64,000 nucleotides of DNA, from NCBI GenBank assembly GCA_964583095.1, contig CAZOVB010000011.1, positions 26,134 through 90,133 of the forward strand, given 5' to 3'. The translations under genes were made by a program, and so were the position numbers. Numbering within the stretch: the first letter of the stretch is position 1; every line of letters begins with the position of its first letter. Below, one piece after another: positions 35,175 through 45,900 of the stretch. The notes under the pieces are model-generated. The model was given only the letters and a program-made list of their open reading frames with translations, had not been told where the DNA came from and did not search any database. Origin of the DNA: an uncultured Planctomycetaceae bacterium. GTDB taxonomy: Bacteria; Planctomycetota; Phycisphaerae; SM23-33.

Positions 35175-36818
35175 TCAGTCGGCCTTGTCGGGGTCCGGCT
35201 GATCCTTCCCGCCGCCCAGGGGAAGGTGAAGCGAGAAGGTGGCCCCATGTCCCGGAGCGCTGGAGACGCTGAGCCTTCCCCCCAGCAGGCTGGAGAGTTC
35301 CTTGCTGATGGCCAGGCCCAGTCCGGTTCCTGCTGCGCCCTTGGTCAGAGGCTTTTCTCCCTGGTAGAACTTTTCGAAGATTCGTGCCTGTTCGGCCTCC
35401 GGCAGCCCCGGGCCGGTATCGGTGACGCTGATGCGGAGTTCGCGTTTTCCTCCGCCCATCCCCGGACCGGCCATCAACGTGACCGTTCCCCCCGAGGGGG
35501 TGAATTTGATCGCGTTGCTCAGCAGATTGTACAGGATCTGCTGAACCTTTCCGCCGTCGGTGAAGATCAGCGGAAGATCCGGGGAGATTTGTCCCTTTAG
35601 CGTGATCTGCTTCTTGTCGGCCAGGGGTTTCATCAGGTCCAGGAGCGTCTGACAGGTGTCGCTGATGGCCACCTGGTCCATCTGGACCTCCGCCCGCCCG
35701 GCTTCGATCTTGGCCAGGTCCAGAAGGTCGTTGATCATATTCAAAAGGTTCTTGGCCGCGACCGAGATATTGTTGCCCCATCTCTTGATCTTGGTGTCCT
35801 GCTGGTCCTGGACCAGATCGGCAAAGCCGAGGATGCTGTTGAGCGGTGTGCGAAGCTCGTGTGAGACATTGGTCAGAAACTCCGACTTGACCTGGTTGGC
35901 CTGGAAGAGCGACACGTTGGCATGGGCAAGTTCGCTGAGGCGCAGATCCAAAGCGCGATTGGCGTTGCGGAGCTTGTCGGTCTGATCGTTGATCGCCAGG
36001 AGCATCTCGTTGAAGCTCTCTCCCAGCCGCTGGAGTTCGTCGCCTGTCTGGATCGTGCTTCGGACCTTCAGGTCTCCCTCAGCCACGCGGTCGGCCACAT
36101 CCGTCAATTGCCGGATGGGTCGAAGCACCAGCCGCCGGGTCAGCGAGACAAACAGCACAAACGCCAGTACCGCCGCCAGCAGGCCGCCGGCCAGAAACGC
36201 GATTCGGGTCCAGAGCACCAGGCTGCTGGATTCACTGGCCGCCGGCAGGGTCACTTCCACCATACCCACCAGCAGGCCCGGCTCGAACCGGACCCTGGCT
36301 GTCGGGGTGTCATGGCAACGCAGGCAGGCTTGTTCGGTGCGTACTGCCCGGAAGCCCCGAAGCAGGTCCTCGCCGGTTTCGTCTTCATCGGGAAGAACCG
36401 TCACCTGCAGATTGGAATTGCTGCCAAAGGCAGTAGCCACCTTCTCCTGGATCGCATCCAGTTCCCCTTCCTGACGGTGCTGGGGGGTCAGGAGGATCAT
36501 GTTCATTCGCCGCTGGGCCCGATCGGTGTCCAGCTTGCCGGCGTAGAGTTCCGGGACACTCAGCCTGCGGGGGCCCGCGTCCTGTTCGCCGTCTTCCGGT
36601 TCACTACGGGTTAGAATGTCCGACTGATGCTCATGGTACCACTCCTGCAGGGCCAGTTGCGTCAGTTCTTCCACCGACCGCTGCACGTTCTGCTGGGCCA
36701 GCATCTCCATGAAATACCAGGGCACCACCAGGGCGGCAGCAATGATCACAAGCACCGCCGCGCCGAACAGCAGGCGGAATTTCGTTGCAAGGGAGATACG
36801 TACAAATCGCTTGGCCAT
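35175..36818 (-). CDS. Sensor histidine kinase with a CxxCH motif in its periplasmic sensor domain
   Basis: TM1 FRLLFGAAVLVIIAAALVV, a periplasmic domain containing EQACLRCHDTP, and TM2. A HAMP domain follows. HisKA H-box VSHELRTPLNSILGF. HATPase_c N, G1 and G2 boxes (LLSNAIKF, DTGPGL, GTGLGL). Confidence 0.8.
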   Translation of the reverse strand: MAKRFVRISLATKFRLLFGAAVLVIIAAALVVPWYFMEMLAQQNVQRSVEELTQLALQEWYHEHQSDILTRSEPEDGEQDAGPRRLSVPELYAGKLDTDRAQRRMNMILLTPQHRQEGELDAIQEKVATAFGSNSNLQVTVLPDEDETGEDLLRGFRAVRTEQACLRCHDTPTARVRFEPGLLVGMVEVTLPAASESSSLVLWTRIAFLAGGLLAAVLAFVLFVSLTRRLVLRPIRQLTDVADRVAEGDLKVRSTIQTGDELQRLGESFNEMLLAINDQTDKLRNANRALDLRLSELAHANVSLFQANQVKSEFLTNVSHELRTPLNSILGFADLVQDQQDTKIKRWGNNISVAAKNLLNMINDLLDLAKIEAGRAEVQMDQVAISDTCQTLLDLMKPLADKKQITLKGQISPDLPLIFTDGGKVQQILYNLLSNAIKFTPSGGTVTLMAGPGMGGGKRELRISVTDTGPGLPEAEQARIFEKFYQGEKPLTKGAAGTGLGLAISKELSSLLGGRLSVSSAPGHGATFSLHLPLGGGKDQPDPDKAD

Positions 36819-36943
36819 GGAACCGGCATTGTAGAGCCCCGGGCCCTGTGATGGAAGCACCTGGGCCCGCCTGGCGAGCTGGAAAGCTCCTGCCTGGGGC
36901 AAATATCGTGATCTGCCGTCCATGCCCCGGTAGAATTTCCACC

Positions 36944-37495
36944 ATGGAGTCGCTGAAAGAGATGCTGTTTGAGGATCCCAAGGCCATCTATGTGGTCCTG
37001 GCCCTGGTCTGGCTGGTCCTGGCGCTGGTCTGGCGCAGGCATCCCAACCGCCGGACTGCCGCTGTGCTTGCGGTTCCCTTTCTCCTGGCCGGGGGAGTGT
37101 TCCTGCTTTCGAGACTCGTGGAGACAGACCGGGAACAGATTACCCGCAGCGTGAATGAAATTGCCCAGGCCATCAACGAGGGCAGATACGGGGACGTCCG
37201 GGAGTACCTGGAGGAGGACTTCGGCGTTACCGGCCAGAGCGTTGCGGATATCCCCGCTGCGATCGAGCTGCTGTCCCAGCGGGCCCGGCAGTTCCGGCTG
37301 GGAAGCGTTAAGGTCAATCGCGTGGACGTGATGATCGAGGGACGCCTGGCCGATGTGCAGGTCCAGACCATGATCACCCTGGGCGACTCCCGGAAGGTTC
37401 CGGTCCGCTGGGACCTGACCTGGGTCGAAGCCTCAGGCCGGTGGCGCATTCGAAACCTGGACCGGTACCAGGTCAAGATAAGCCTGGGTTTCTGA
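36944..37495 (+). CDS. Hypothetical small membrane protein (183 aa)
   Basis: Two N-terminal TM helices (IYVVLALVWLVLALVW, AVLAVPFLLAGGVFLL). An SnoaL/DUF4440-like C-terminal fold is possible. Confidence 0.45.
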   Translation: MESLKEMLFEDPKAIYVVLALVWLVLALVWRRHPNRRTAAVLAVPFLLAGGVFLLSRLVETDREQITRSVNEIAQAINEGRYGDVREYLEEDFGVTGQSVADIPAAIELLSQRARQFRLGSVKVNRVDVMIEGRLADVQVQTMITLGDSRKVPVRWDLTWVEASGRWRIRNLDRYQVKISLGF

Positions 37496-37527
37496 GACAC
37501 CCCGCTGCGACGTGCCGTCAGGCGGTA

Positions 37528-39354
37528 CTAAAGGAACTCGGCAGCTATCCGATGCGCCTTGTTGTACTGCTTGCCCAGCACCTGCCAGTCGAACTGGTCG
37601 CTGCAAGCTTCCACACGGTTTCGCGTGTCGATCCGCTCTCGCCTGCCCAGCCGGCAGAATTCCATCAGCCACCGCGTCAATTGCTCGGCCGATTCATCAA
37701 AATGTTGATTCCGGCGTCGCGTGACGTAGATGCCTGTCTCTTCATGTTCAGGCATATGTTCCAGCACGTGCGTGCCGAACCCGCTCAAATCGCTGGTTAC
37801 CGCAGGCAGGCCCCGGGCGATGCACTCCAGGGGGGTGTAGCCCCAGGGCTCGTAGAAACTCGGGAAAATCCCCAGGTGGCACCCCCGGACGAACTGATCA
37901 TATTCCATCGAAAGCAGCGGATTGCTGCTCGTGACGAAGTCGGGATGATAGACCACCTTCACCGGATCATTTGGAAGGTTGATCAGGTTCAGATACCGCA
38001 GTTGCTGGAGGATGGCATCTTCGTGGTCGTCGTACAGGTCGTGCGTGACCACCGTCGGAAGCGAGGGAGCATGCCAGGCGTGCATCATCCGCTGGAGGCG
38101 AAGCTTCCAGTAGTCATCGACCATATCGGCGAAATCGGGAACGATGCCCTTGGCTGCGCACTCGAACAATCTCTCGCCGATGTGGTCCTTGATCTGCTCA
38201 CAGTTCCGCCGAAGCTCCTGAAGCATAGCCGCTCTTCGCAGGACCTCGGCATTGACGCCCCGGAACGGTCGCTTGGTGATCAGGAAACAGACGATCGTCC
38301 TGCCGCTTCGATTGGATTTCAGATGGGTGTTGAGCCTCGCCAGGGCCTCCAGGGTGAGGTCGAAGCCTTTGTTGCGGTATTCGTAGCGTCCGGAACTGAA
38401 AAAGTAGAGCGTCTTGTCCAGATCGAAGGTGTAACTGGGGAAGAACATCGACATCACGAACTGGTGAATCTGTTCCTTGTACTGCCGGTGCAGATTCTGA
38501 AACTCGTGCAGCGCGACAAACCGTTCGATGTTCAGGCCGTTGGGCAGCAGCAGGTCGGGCTTGCGACCCAGCAGATGCTCGCATTCCTGGGCGGTGACCT
38601 CGCTCAGGGTCGTCAGGACATGAGCTCCATGGGCCGCAGAACGCTCCAGGCGCATCTGGGGCTCGATCCCGAAACGACGCGACTCGGTCAGCCAGTCCAC
38701 CTGCGGGATCCGGTGGTAGAAGCTCGCGTCGTTCTGGGCCAGAATCCGCCCCAGCATGGTCGCGTGCGTGGTGAAGACAATGGCGGCAGGGTCCTTCACC
38801 CGGCGAAGTTCGGGAATGGCCGGGCCGGTCATCCACTCGTGGAAGTGAAGCAGCAGCCGCTGCTTTTCGTCCCGCATCGATCGCAATGTGCGAATAAAAA
38901 GTTGCAGGACGTGCCCGAAACCCACCACCTCATCCAGCAACGGTTCACCGGCGGGGGTAGCGATATCGTGATGCTCCCAGAGGAGGTACTTGGCCTGGTC
39001 CAGTTTCGACACGGGAATTCTCGGGCCCAGCAGGACGGTGCGCGGTTTGCCCGTTATCAGCCAGTAGCCGTAGTGGGCTTCGTACCCCTCCTCACGAAGG
39101 GCCTTGACTGCCTGAGACAGGGGGGTCCCATCGACGGCCGGCTCGAATTCCAGCGGACTGGTGGAAGGATTGTAAGGCCCGACGAGGCAGTAGTTGTCCC
39201 CCCAGGCATCGACCATGAAGGGGACCTTGGATCGAATGACCGTGTAGATCCCCCCGACCTGCTGGCAGATCTCCCATGCGATCTCCAGAAGCATATTTCC
39301 CGCAGTCGGAGGATCTGTCGAGGGTTGGATGTTTGTGGAATTCTCTCCGGCCAT
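37528..39354 (-). CDS. Glycogen(starch) synthase, GT3 family (eukaryote-type)
   Basis: N-terminus LLEIAWEICQQVGGIYTVIRSK matches the GT3 glycogen synthase signature (FEVAWEV.NKVGGIYTV). C-terminal region GCHLGIFPSFYEPWGYTPLE. Start uncertain among 39381, 39354 and 39294. Confidence 0.7.
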   Translation of the reverse strand: MAGENSTNIQPSTDPPTAGNMLLEIAWEICQQVGGIYTVIRSKVPFMVDAWGDNYCLVGPYNPSTSPLEFEPAVDGTPLSQAVKALREEGYEAHYGYWLITGKPRTVLLGPRIPVSKLDQAKYLLWEHHDIATPAGEPLLDEVVGFGHVLQLFIRTLRSMRDEKQRLLLHFHEWMTGPAIPELRRVKDPAAIVFTTHATMLGRILAQNDASFYHRIPQVDWLTESRRFGIEPQMRLERSAAHGAHVLTTLSEVTAQECEHLLGRKPDLLLPNGLNIERFVALHEFQNLHRQYKEQIHQFVMSMFFPSYTFDLDKTLYFFSSGRYEYRNKGFDLTLEALARLNTHLKSNRSGRTIVCFLITKRPFRGVNAEVLRRAAMLQELRRNCEQIKDHIGERLFECAAKGIVPDFADMVDDYWKLRLQRMMHAWHAPSLPTVVTHDLYDDHEDAILQQLRYLNLINLPNDPVKVVYHPDFVTSSNPLLSMEYDQFVRGCHLGIFPSFYEPWGYTPLECIARGLPAVTSDLSGFGTHVLEHMPEHEETGIYVTRRRNQHFDESAEQLTRWLMEFCRLGRRERIDTRNRVEACSDQFDWQVLGKQYNKAHRIAAEFL

Positions 39355-39486
39355 CGTGCCTGTCGATCTCCGTTCTCCCACATAAAGACCGTGGTCCAGG
39401 CATCATAGACGCCGGCAGGGCCTCAGACAAGCCCGTCCGGGGCGGTTCTAGGATTCCACCTTCCAGATGACCCAGCCACTTCCGCC

Positions 39487-39825
39487 TCAGGCCCGGGGAG
39501 AAGTCCCCTGATCCAGAAGCCAGCTCTGGAGACGCTGGAGGGAAGCGTCGTTGAGCTGGGTGAAACGAATGGCCACCCGGTCCCCTTCGGTGCGCAGGAC
39601 CTTGCCGGTTACCTCGATGACGCCGCGGTTTTCGCCTACCGCGTCGAAGAGCACCTGCACCTGCTGACGTTCATCGAGCAGGGCACCGGTCCGCAGGGCC
39701 AAGCCTTCCCGGCAGATATCGAGAGTCTCCGCCTCGGCGTCGGTATTGCTGAAGCTTACCGTAGCGGGGCAGCGAAGGTTGTGGCGCCGATGACGACGGC
39801 GATTCTGATCGAACGTATCGGGCAT
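39487..39825 (-). CDS. PilZ-domain protein (c-di-GMP-binding type, single domain)
   Basis: RRHRRHNL (RxxxR) and a D.CREGLAL motif. 112 aa. Confidence 0.55.
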   Translation of the reverse strand: MPDTFDQNRRRHRRHNLRCPATVSFSNTDAEAETLDICREGLALRTGALLDERQQVQVLFDAVGENRGVIEVTGKVLRTEGDRVAIRFTQLNDASLQRLQSWLLDQGTSPRA

Positions 39826-39943
39826 GGCTGTATCTCCTGACCGGGACGGATTTTCGTATCTGCTGTCCCTATCGGACGCCGTGGCCCCGGGCTGTGACAG
39901 ATTTCCTTTCGCCTCCCGACCGGCCACCCGCCCAGGAAGGAAT

Positions 39944-41503
39944 CTACTCCCATTCGATGGTCGCGGGGGGCTTGGAAGAGATATCGTAGACCACCCGGTT
40001 GACCCCACGGACCTCGTTGATGATCCGGTTGCTGATCGTCGCCAGAACGTCGTAGGGGATGCGGGACCAGTCAGCCGTCATGAAGTCCGAAGTGTCCACG
40101 GAGCGGATCGCGATGACATTCTCGTAGGTGCGTCCATCGCCCATCACCCCCACCGACTGAATCGGAAGCAGAACCGCAAATGTCTGGGCTGTCTTGCGAT
40201 ACAGATTGGCGGCGGTGATCTCTTCCAGCAGCACGTTGTCGGCCAGGCGGAGCACATCCAGCCTCTCGCGTGTGATGGGTCCGATACAGCGAACGGCCAG
40301 TCCCGGGCCCGGGAAGGGGTGGCGCCATACCACCTGGTCGGGAAGCCCCAGCAACTCGCCCACCTGGCGGACCTCGTCCTTGAACAGGTCCCGGAGCGGC
40401 TCGATCAGGTCAAACCCCAGTTCGCTGGGCAGACCCCCCACGTTGTGATGCAGCTTGATATTGGCCGCGGTCCCCGCCAGGGAATGCCCGGATTCGATCA
40501 CGTCCGGATACAGCGTCCCCTGGGCCAGGAAGCGGGCATGGGGGATCTTCTCCGCCGCCTGCTTGAACACGTCGATGAACGTATGGCCGATGATCCGGCG
40601 CTTCTCCTGCGGATCCACCACGTCGATCAGCTTGTCCAGGAAGATATCCGCTGCCGGTACGACCGTCAGGTTCACCTTGAAATGCTCCACGAAGGTCGAG
40701 CGAACCAGCTCCACCTCCTGGAGGCGAAGCAGGCCGTTATCGACGAAAATGCACGAGAGACGGTCTCCGATGGCCTTATGGAGCAGGGCGGCTACCACCG
40801 AAGAATCCACACCCCCTGAAAGCCCGCAGATCACCCGTTGCTCGGACCCGACAGCCTCGCGGACCTCCTGGACGACCGAATCGATGAACGATCCCATCTT
40901 CCAGAGCCCCTGGCACTTGCAGATATCGTAGAGGAAGTTGACGAACACCTCGTTGCCGTGGGGGGTGTGCGTGACCTCCGGGTGGAACTGCACGCCGTAG
41001 AATGCCCGGCTCTTGTGTTTGACCGCGGCATAGGGGCAGGTCGGCGTGGCGGCCAGGGGGATGAAATCTTCATTGAGCGTCTGGATCTGGTCGCCGTGGC
41101 TCATCCAGGCGGTGGTTTCGGCAGGGAGATTGCGAAGCAGACTGTCGGGCTCATTGACCCTCAGATGCACGCGGCCGTACTCCCGGGCGGTGGCTGGATG
41201 CACATCAGCTCCGAGCATCTGGCAGGCCAGTTGCATCCCGTAGCAGATGCCGAGAATCGGGACGCCCAGTCCCAGCAGTTCCGGGCGGCATCGTGGGGCT
41301 CCCTTTTCGTAAACACTGGAAGGACCGCCGGTAAAGATCAATCCCCTGGGGTTGAGCTTGCGCAGCTCTTCCAGTTCCACCTGCGGATGGGCCAGCACGC
41401 TGTAGACGCCGTTCTCGCGCACGCGCCGGGCGATGAGCTGGGCGTACTGGCTGCCAAAATCCAGGATGACGATCGTTTCCGACTGCGTCGACGATGCCGC
41501 CAT
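39944..41503 (-). CDS. guaA: GMP synthase (glutamine-hydrolysing)
   Basis: N-terminal class-I GATase ([15 protein letters not shown]). PP-loop SGGVDSSV. C-terminal dimerisation domain ending PPATIEWE. Confidence 0.92.
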   Translation of the reverse strand: MAASSTQSETIVILDFGSQYAQLIARRVRENGVYSVLAHPQVELEELRKLNPRGLIFTGGPSSVYEKGAPRCRPELLGLGVPILGICYGMQLACQMLGADVHPATAREYGRVHLRVNEPDSLLRNLPAETTAWMSHGDQIQTLNEDFIPLAATPTCPYAAVKHKSRAFYGVQFHPEVTHTPHGNEVFVNFLYDICKCQGLWKMGSFIDSVVQEVREAVGSEQRVICGLSGGVDSSVVAALLHKAIGDRLSCIFVDNGLLRLQEVELVRSTFVEHFKVNLTVVPAADIFLDKLIDVVDPQEKRRIIGHTFIDVFKQAAEKIPHARFLAQGTLYPDVIESGHSLAGTAANIKLHHNVGGLPSELGFDLIEPLRDLFKDEVRQVGELLGLPDQVVWRHPFPGPGLAVRCIGPITRERLDVLRLADNVLLEEITAANLYRKTAQTFAVLLPIQSVGVMGDGRTYENVIAIRSVDTSDFMTADWSRIPYDVLATISNRIINEVRGVNRVVYDISSKPPATIEWE

Positions 41504-41806
41504 GGCCGATTCCACCTTCCAAAGCCTGGGATTCAATCCGGAAAGAAACCACCCAGTCTACGCGGGGCCGGGGCAAAAGGCAATCCCCGGGGGAAGCTTG
41601 TTTGGAGCATTTCGGATCGAAGCGATCTTTTTGTCTTCGGGCCTCAAGGGATCGCCAAGGCTCACGAAAAAGAGTCTTGGAGCCAAACCCATACAGAACC
41701 GGGTCAGGCGAGCTCTGCGTCTGGCCGAAATCAGCGCCGCGGAACGGATCTCCAAGCGGCGGCAAATGCGACGGCGCCGTCAAGGAGGCCGCGGCGTTGC
41801 TTAGTC

Positions 41807-42628
41807 ATGGAAAGAACGCACATGGAACTGCCCGAGCTGTTCAAGCAGTATCTGGAACACCTCTTCGCCGGCAAGCGCTCCCAGGCCTGTCGGCTGCTCT
41901 TTGAGGCACACGATCGGGGAATGAGCGCCCGGAAGCTGTTGACGCTGGTCATCTGGCCGGCCATGCAGCAGATCGAAAAGCTCTACCGCGAGCACCACAT
42001 CTCCAGAATCAACGAACACATGGCCACGCGAATCAACCGAACCATCGCCGACCGGCTCTGCACCGTCATGGCCTGCGCGCCCCAGTCGGGCAAGAGCATG
42101 GTCGTAGTCTGCGGAGAGGGCGAGGCCGAGGAACTCGGCGGGCAGATCGCCTCGGATCTCTTCGAGGCCGACGGATGGAGAATCTGGTTCCTCGGCTCCG
42201 GCGTACCCAATGACGAGATCCTCCAGTTCTGCGGCAAAAACCGCCCGGAAATTCTGAACATCTATGGGACCCGGCCTGAATCGGTGCCTTCGGTCCGGAA
42301 ACTCATCGAACTCATCCGGGCCGTCGGGGCCTGCGAGGAGATGCAGATCCTCCTTACCGGCGGAGTCTTCGGCCGGGCCGAGGGGCTCTGCGATGAGGTC
42401 AAAGCCGATCTCTTTGCCGTCGATCCGCGAGAGGCCGTCGCTACCGTAAACGCCCATCCGGTCCGCGTGCCGAAGCCCGATGTCCCCGAACCGGGGCGGC
42501 GACGTAAACGCAAGAGCCGGAAGAAACAGCTCATGGCCGTCAGTTACGACTTCAGCGTAGAGACCAGGACCAAGCAGGTGACCGTAGAAGTCCCCGTGGA
42601 AGTTCAGCCCGAGGAAAAGCTCGCCTGA
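41807..42628 (+). CDS. Cobalamin-binding-domain-like protein (B12-binding_2 helical cap plus a Rossmann B12-binding fold) lacking the canonical His ligand
   Basis: Domain architecture resembles MtaC/CarH C-terminal B12 modules. The position of DxHxxG reads GEGEAEELGG. A C-terminal basic stretch RRRKRKSRKK is followed by an acidic tail. Confidence 0.5.
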   Translation: MERTHMELPELFKQYLEHLFAGKRSQACRLLFEAHDRGMSARKLLTLVIWPAMQQIEKLYREHHISRINEHMATRINRTIADRLCTVMACAPQSGKSMVVVCGEGEAEELGGQIASDLFEADGWRIWFLGSGVPNDEILQFCGKNRPEILNIYGTRPESVPSVRKLIELIRAVGACEEMQILLTGGVFGRAEGLCDEVKADLFAVDPREAVATVNAHPVRVPKPDVPEPGRRRKRKSRKKQLMAVSYDFSVETRTKQVTVEVPVEVQPEEKLA

Positions 42629-42670
42629 GAGAACTCGGATTTCGCAAAGACAGGCAACAAAAGCCAAATG

Positions 42671-42704
42671 CAGGCCCGCATCGGAATGCCCCCGAGCGGG
42701 CCTG
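42671..42704 (+). terminator. Inverted repeat downstream of the B12-binding-like gene
   Basis: CAGGCCCGC...GCGGGCCTG 9-bp stem with a 16-nt loop. No clear U-tract. Confidence 0.25.
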
Positions 42705-42765
42705 TTCCACTTCCAGGCGAATAGACGGCGGAAGCTCCGCAAACAGAAAACCCGGTTCCGAATTC

Positions 42766-42797
42766 TTGACAACCGTCTCTGGATCTGTTCATATGAT
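42766..42797 (+). promoter_or_regulatory. Putative sigma70-like promoter upstream of the giant LVIVD/dockerin gene
   Basis: Perfect -35 TTGACA at 42766-42771. A weak -10 TCATAT follows at 17 nt, or TATGAT at 20 nt. Sits ~110 nt upstream of the GTG start. Confidence 0.3.
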
Positions 42798-42908
42798 CTT
42801 GGAGGAGGATGTTCTGTGTGAGGAAGCGCCCCGCTGTGGAGGTACGAATCCACTTGGACGTACATCCGCACGGGGATCGGAAGACCTCGGAATTAAAGGA
42901 GATTGGCC

Positions 42909-45900
42909 GTGCGGAGTTCTGACCCTCGAAGTGATGTTTCGTCCCTCTGGAGCCTCGAACCTCTTGAACAGCGATGGATGCTTTCGGCAGGGGATATTCT
43001 TTCCCATACGCTCCTGGCTGACCCTGTAACGGGGGCTGTGAGTATCCAGGTGGACTTCGCCCAAGGAGTCCAGGAAGGGACATTCACAGCCCAGGATGTT
43101 TTGATCAGCGGTCCGGATACCCAACTCGGCTCGGCCTCGACCTCCGGCTATGCCCAGAATGTGAAGGTCGTCGGTGATACGGCCTATGTCCTCTACAATT
43201 ACGTCAAGCCTTCCAGCTACAATGCAGCACGCACGGTTTCCGGGGTAGCGGTTTTCGACGTCAGCGATCCGGCAAATCCCGGCATCCTCGCAGATCATGC
43301 CCTGGAAGACGACCAGGGCGATCCGGCCCACTGCACCTCTCTGGACGTCTCCGGTTCCATGGTCTATGTTTCAAGCTTCAGCGGTCTCTATGCCCTGGAT
43401 GTTTCGGATCCGGCGAACATCCAGGAGTACCTTTGGACCGATGAGCCTTTTTCCTACGACGTGCAGGCCAAGGGAGACTGGGTCTTTCTGGCCTCGAGCG
43501 ATTCGAGCGTATTTGCCCTGGACTTCAGTGACCCGGACAACGTGGTGGTCAAAACCCGGTACATTTCCAACGACGGCGTCAATCGGCTTGCCCTGGACGC
43601 CCAGACCGATACGCTCTTTGCTGCGACGCCGACCCAGAAGATTTATGCCGTGGATGTCTCCAACCCGGCCAACATGGACCGTCTCTCGGGCAGCTACAAC
43701 GCTTCTTCCTGGAGCCAATACTCCATTGGCAGGATGACGGCGGAAAACGGGTATCTTTACGTCTTGGAATACAGGCTGGGCGTTCTGGAGTATACCTTGG
43801 ATTCCAGTTCGGTTTCCTTCTCGCTGCAGAATGACCCGGATGCATCGTACATATCCTCGGGTGCGCTGAGTCGTCCACGAGTCTCGGGAGAGAATCTGGT
43901 GATCCCGACCGGAACCGGGGACCTGAAGATCTACGATATTTCGGACAAGACCAATCCGGTCGAAGAGACCACCGTGGACGTCACAGCAGATGCCGGAGGG
44001 GTTTGGATGGAGGGCGACATGGCCTACGTCGCCGCCGAAGAGGCCGGGCTGCAGATCCTGAACCTCGCCTCTGCCGGCTCTCCAGGTCAGCTCAACGCCC
44101 TTCAGCACGACCTGCGTATCGATGCAATTGCCCGGGAGGGATCCCTGACATTCCTGGCCGGTTCCGGCTTCGTACCCGGCACCACCGACCGCTGGGGCTC
44201 TCTGTTGATTTACGACATGAACAACCCGCAGGAACCGGTTCTTCTGGGCGAACTGTCTTTTGGTACAGGGTCCCGCAACACCGGTCAGCGAATCCAGGAC
44301 GTACAGGTCTCTGGAAATGTCGCCATCCTGCGAGGAAGCTACGGGCTGCACTTCGTGGACGTTTCGGATCCGACGGCCCCGCAGTTGCTCTCCACCGTCG
44401 CCCAGCCGCCTTCGGGGGACCCCAGCCTCGGCGTCCAGGACCTCCAGATCGAAGGCTCAATCGTCTATGCCACCTGGTGGAACCAGGGACTGGTATCGGT
44501 GGATTTCTCCGATCCTCAGAATCCGGTCGTAATGGATCAGTTGGTTCTCAGCGGCGCCTACGGTGCCGTCACGGCCTCCAACCTGGAGCTCGTCGGCGAC
44601 CGGGCGTACGTCACCGCCAACGGAGGGGGCCTGTTCGTTGTGGATATCTCCGATCCGTCCGATCTGGACCTGCTGGGCTCGAGGAGCACCTTTGGTGCCC
44701 TGGGATGGTTTGGTGACCTGGCCATCCAGGGCGATTACGCATTCGTCTCCGAAGGCGGGTACGGTTTGCGGGTTCTGAATATCTCGAATCCGGCCAATAT
44801 CTCCCTGGTGACCTCGCTGACCGATCGCAACTATGCCATCGCCGTGGACAATATTGTACTGGACAACGGGACCTTGTATGTGGGCCTCGATGATGCCGGC
44901 ATGTCGGTGATAGACGTCGAGAACCCCGCAGCCCTGCGCGAGATCGGCTACATCCCAACCCGGGCCGAGTACCAGAACATGTACTTCGACGGGAAGCTCG
45001 CGTTTCTTCCCTCCGGGTCGGCCGGGCTGGAGGTCCTGGCGTTGCACCCGGCGGGGGTCAGGCGGATCGACGCCGACAGCTATGAAATCCTTCCCGGTTT
45101 GCCCATGGGCGAGACGGTCGTGCAGTTCCAGATCGGCGATCGAATCGAGTACTCCGCCGGCGGGACGGTTTCCCAGCCGTACTCCCTGGTTGTTTCCGGG
45201 CTCTTCGCACCCCTGCCCGGAGATGTCAACGGCAATGGCAGGATCGCCGGAGACGATGTCGATACCCTCCGGGCCGAGATCGCCAAGCCCGTTGATCAAC
45301 AAGACCTGTCGATGGATCTCACGGGAGACGGTTTGGTGGATTCCTCCGATCTGGACGCCCTGATCCAGAGCCTGGTGGTGATCGACGGCGATTTCAATCT
45401 CCGAGGCAGCCAGTGGGGCGACTTCAACTTCGATGGCACTGTAGATGATGCCGATGCAGCCCTGATACTCAATCGGTATCGTCTGACCTGGACCGGCTAC
45501 GCCGGGGCGGATCTTACCGGGGACCACCTCACCGGCCTGGCGGATATCCGAGCCTTGGCGGCAACCTTTGGCTACACCCGACCGGCTACGGCGCCGATGC
45601 CCGAGGCCGACCCGGTCCAACTCCCCGAAAAAGATGCCTTCAGCTCTGCTGCAACAAGCCCTGCCGCTGTGCAAAGCGGGACGCAGACGGTCGGCGTTCT
45701 GATGGCCGCCGATGCTGAAGACAACCTGGCCCGACAGGAGCCGAGCCCGGACGATCCGTCACAGGCAGATGGCTCCCTCCTTGTCTGGGCCCCGGTCCTG
45801 GCCGAGCCGGCCCCGGAGGATTCCTCCCAGCAAGCACCCACTGCGCCGCCAAGCCCGGCAACCCCGTTGACCCAGACAATCGACTGGGGCAAGGGCCTGA

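Noticed and set aside
40838-41806. N-terminal 323 codons of the 596-aa ORF 40838..42628
   Set aside because: Entirely antisense to guaA. The B12-domain homology begins only at the ATG 41807.
42809-42920. 37-codon uORF overlapping the start of the giant LVIVD gene
   Set aside because: The GGAGG is only ~3 nt from the ATG, which is suboptimal spacing, and the ORF is short. Kept only as a note inside a finding, not called as a feature.
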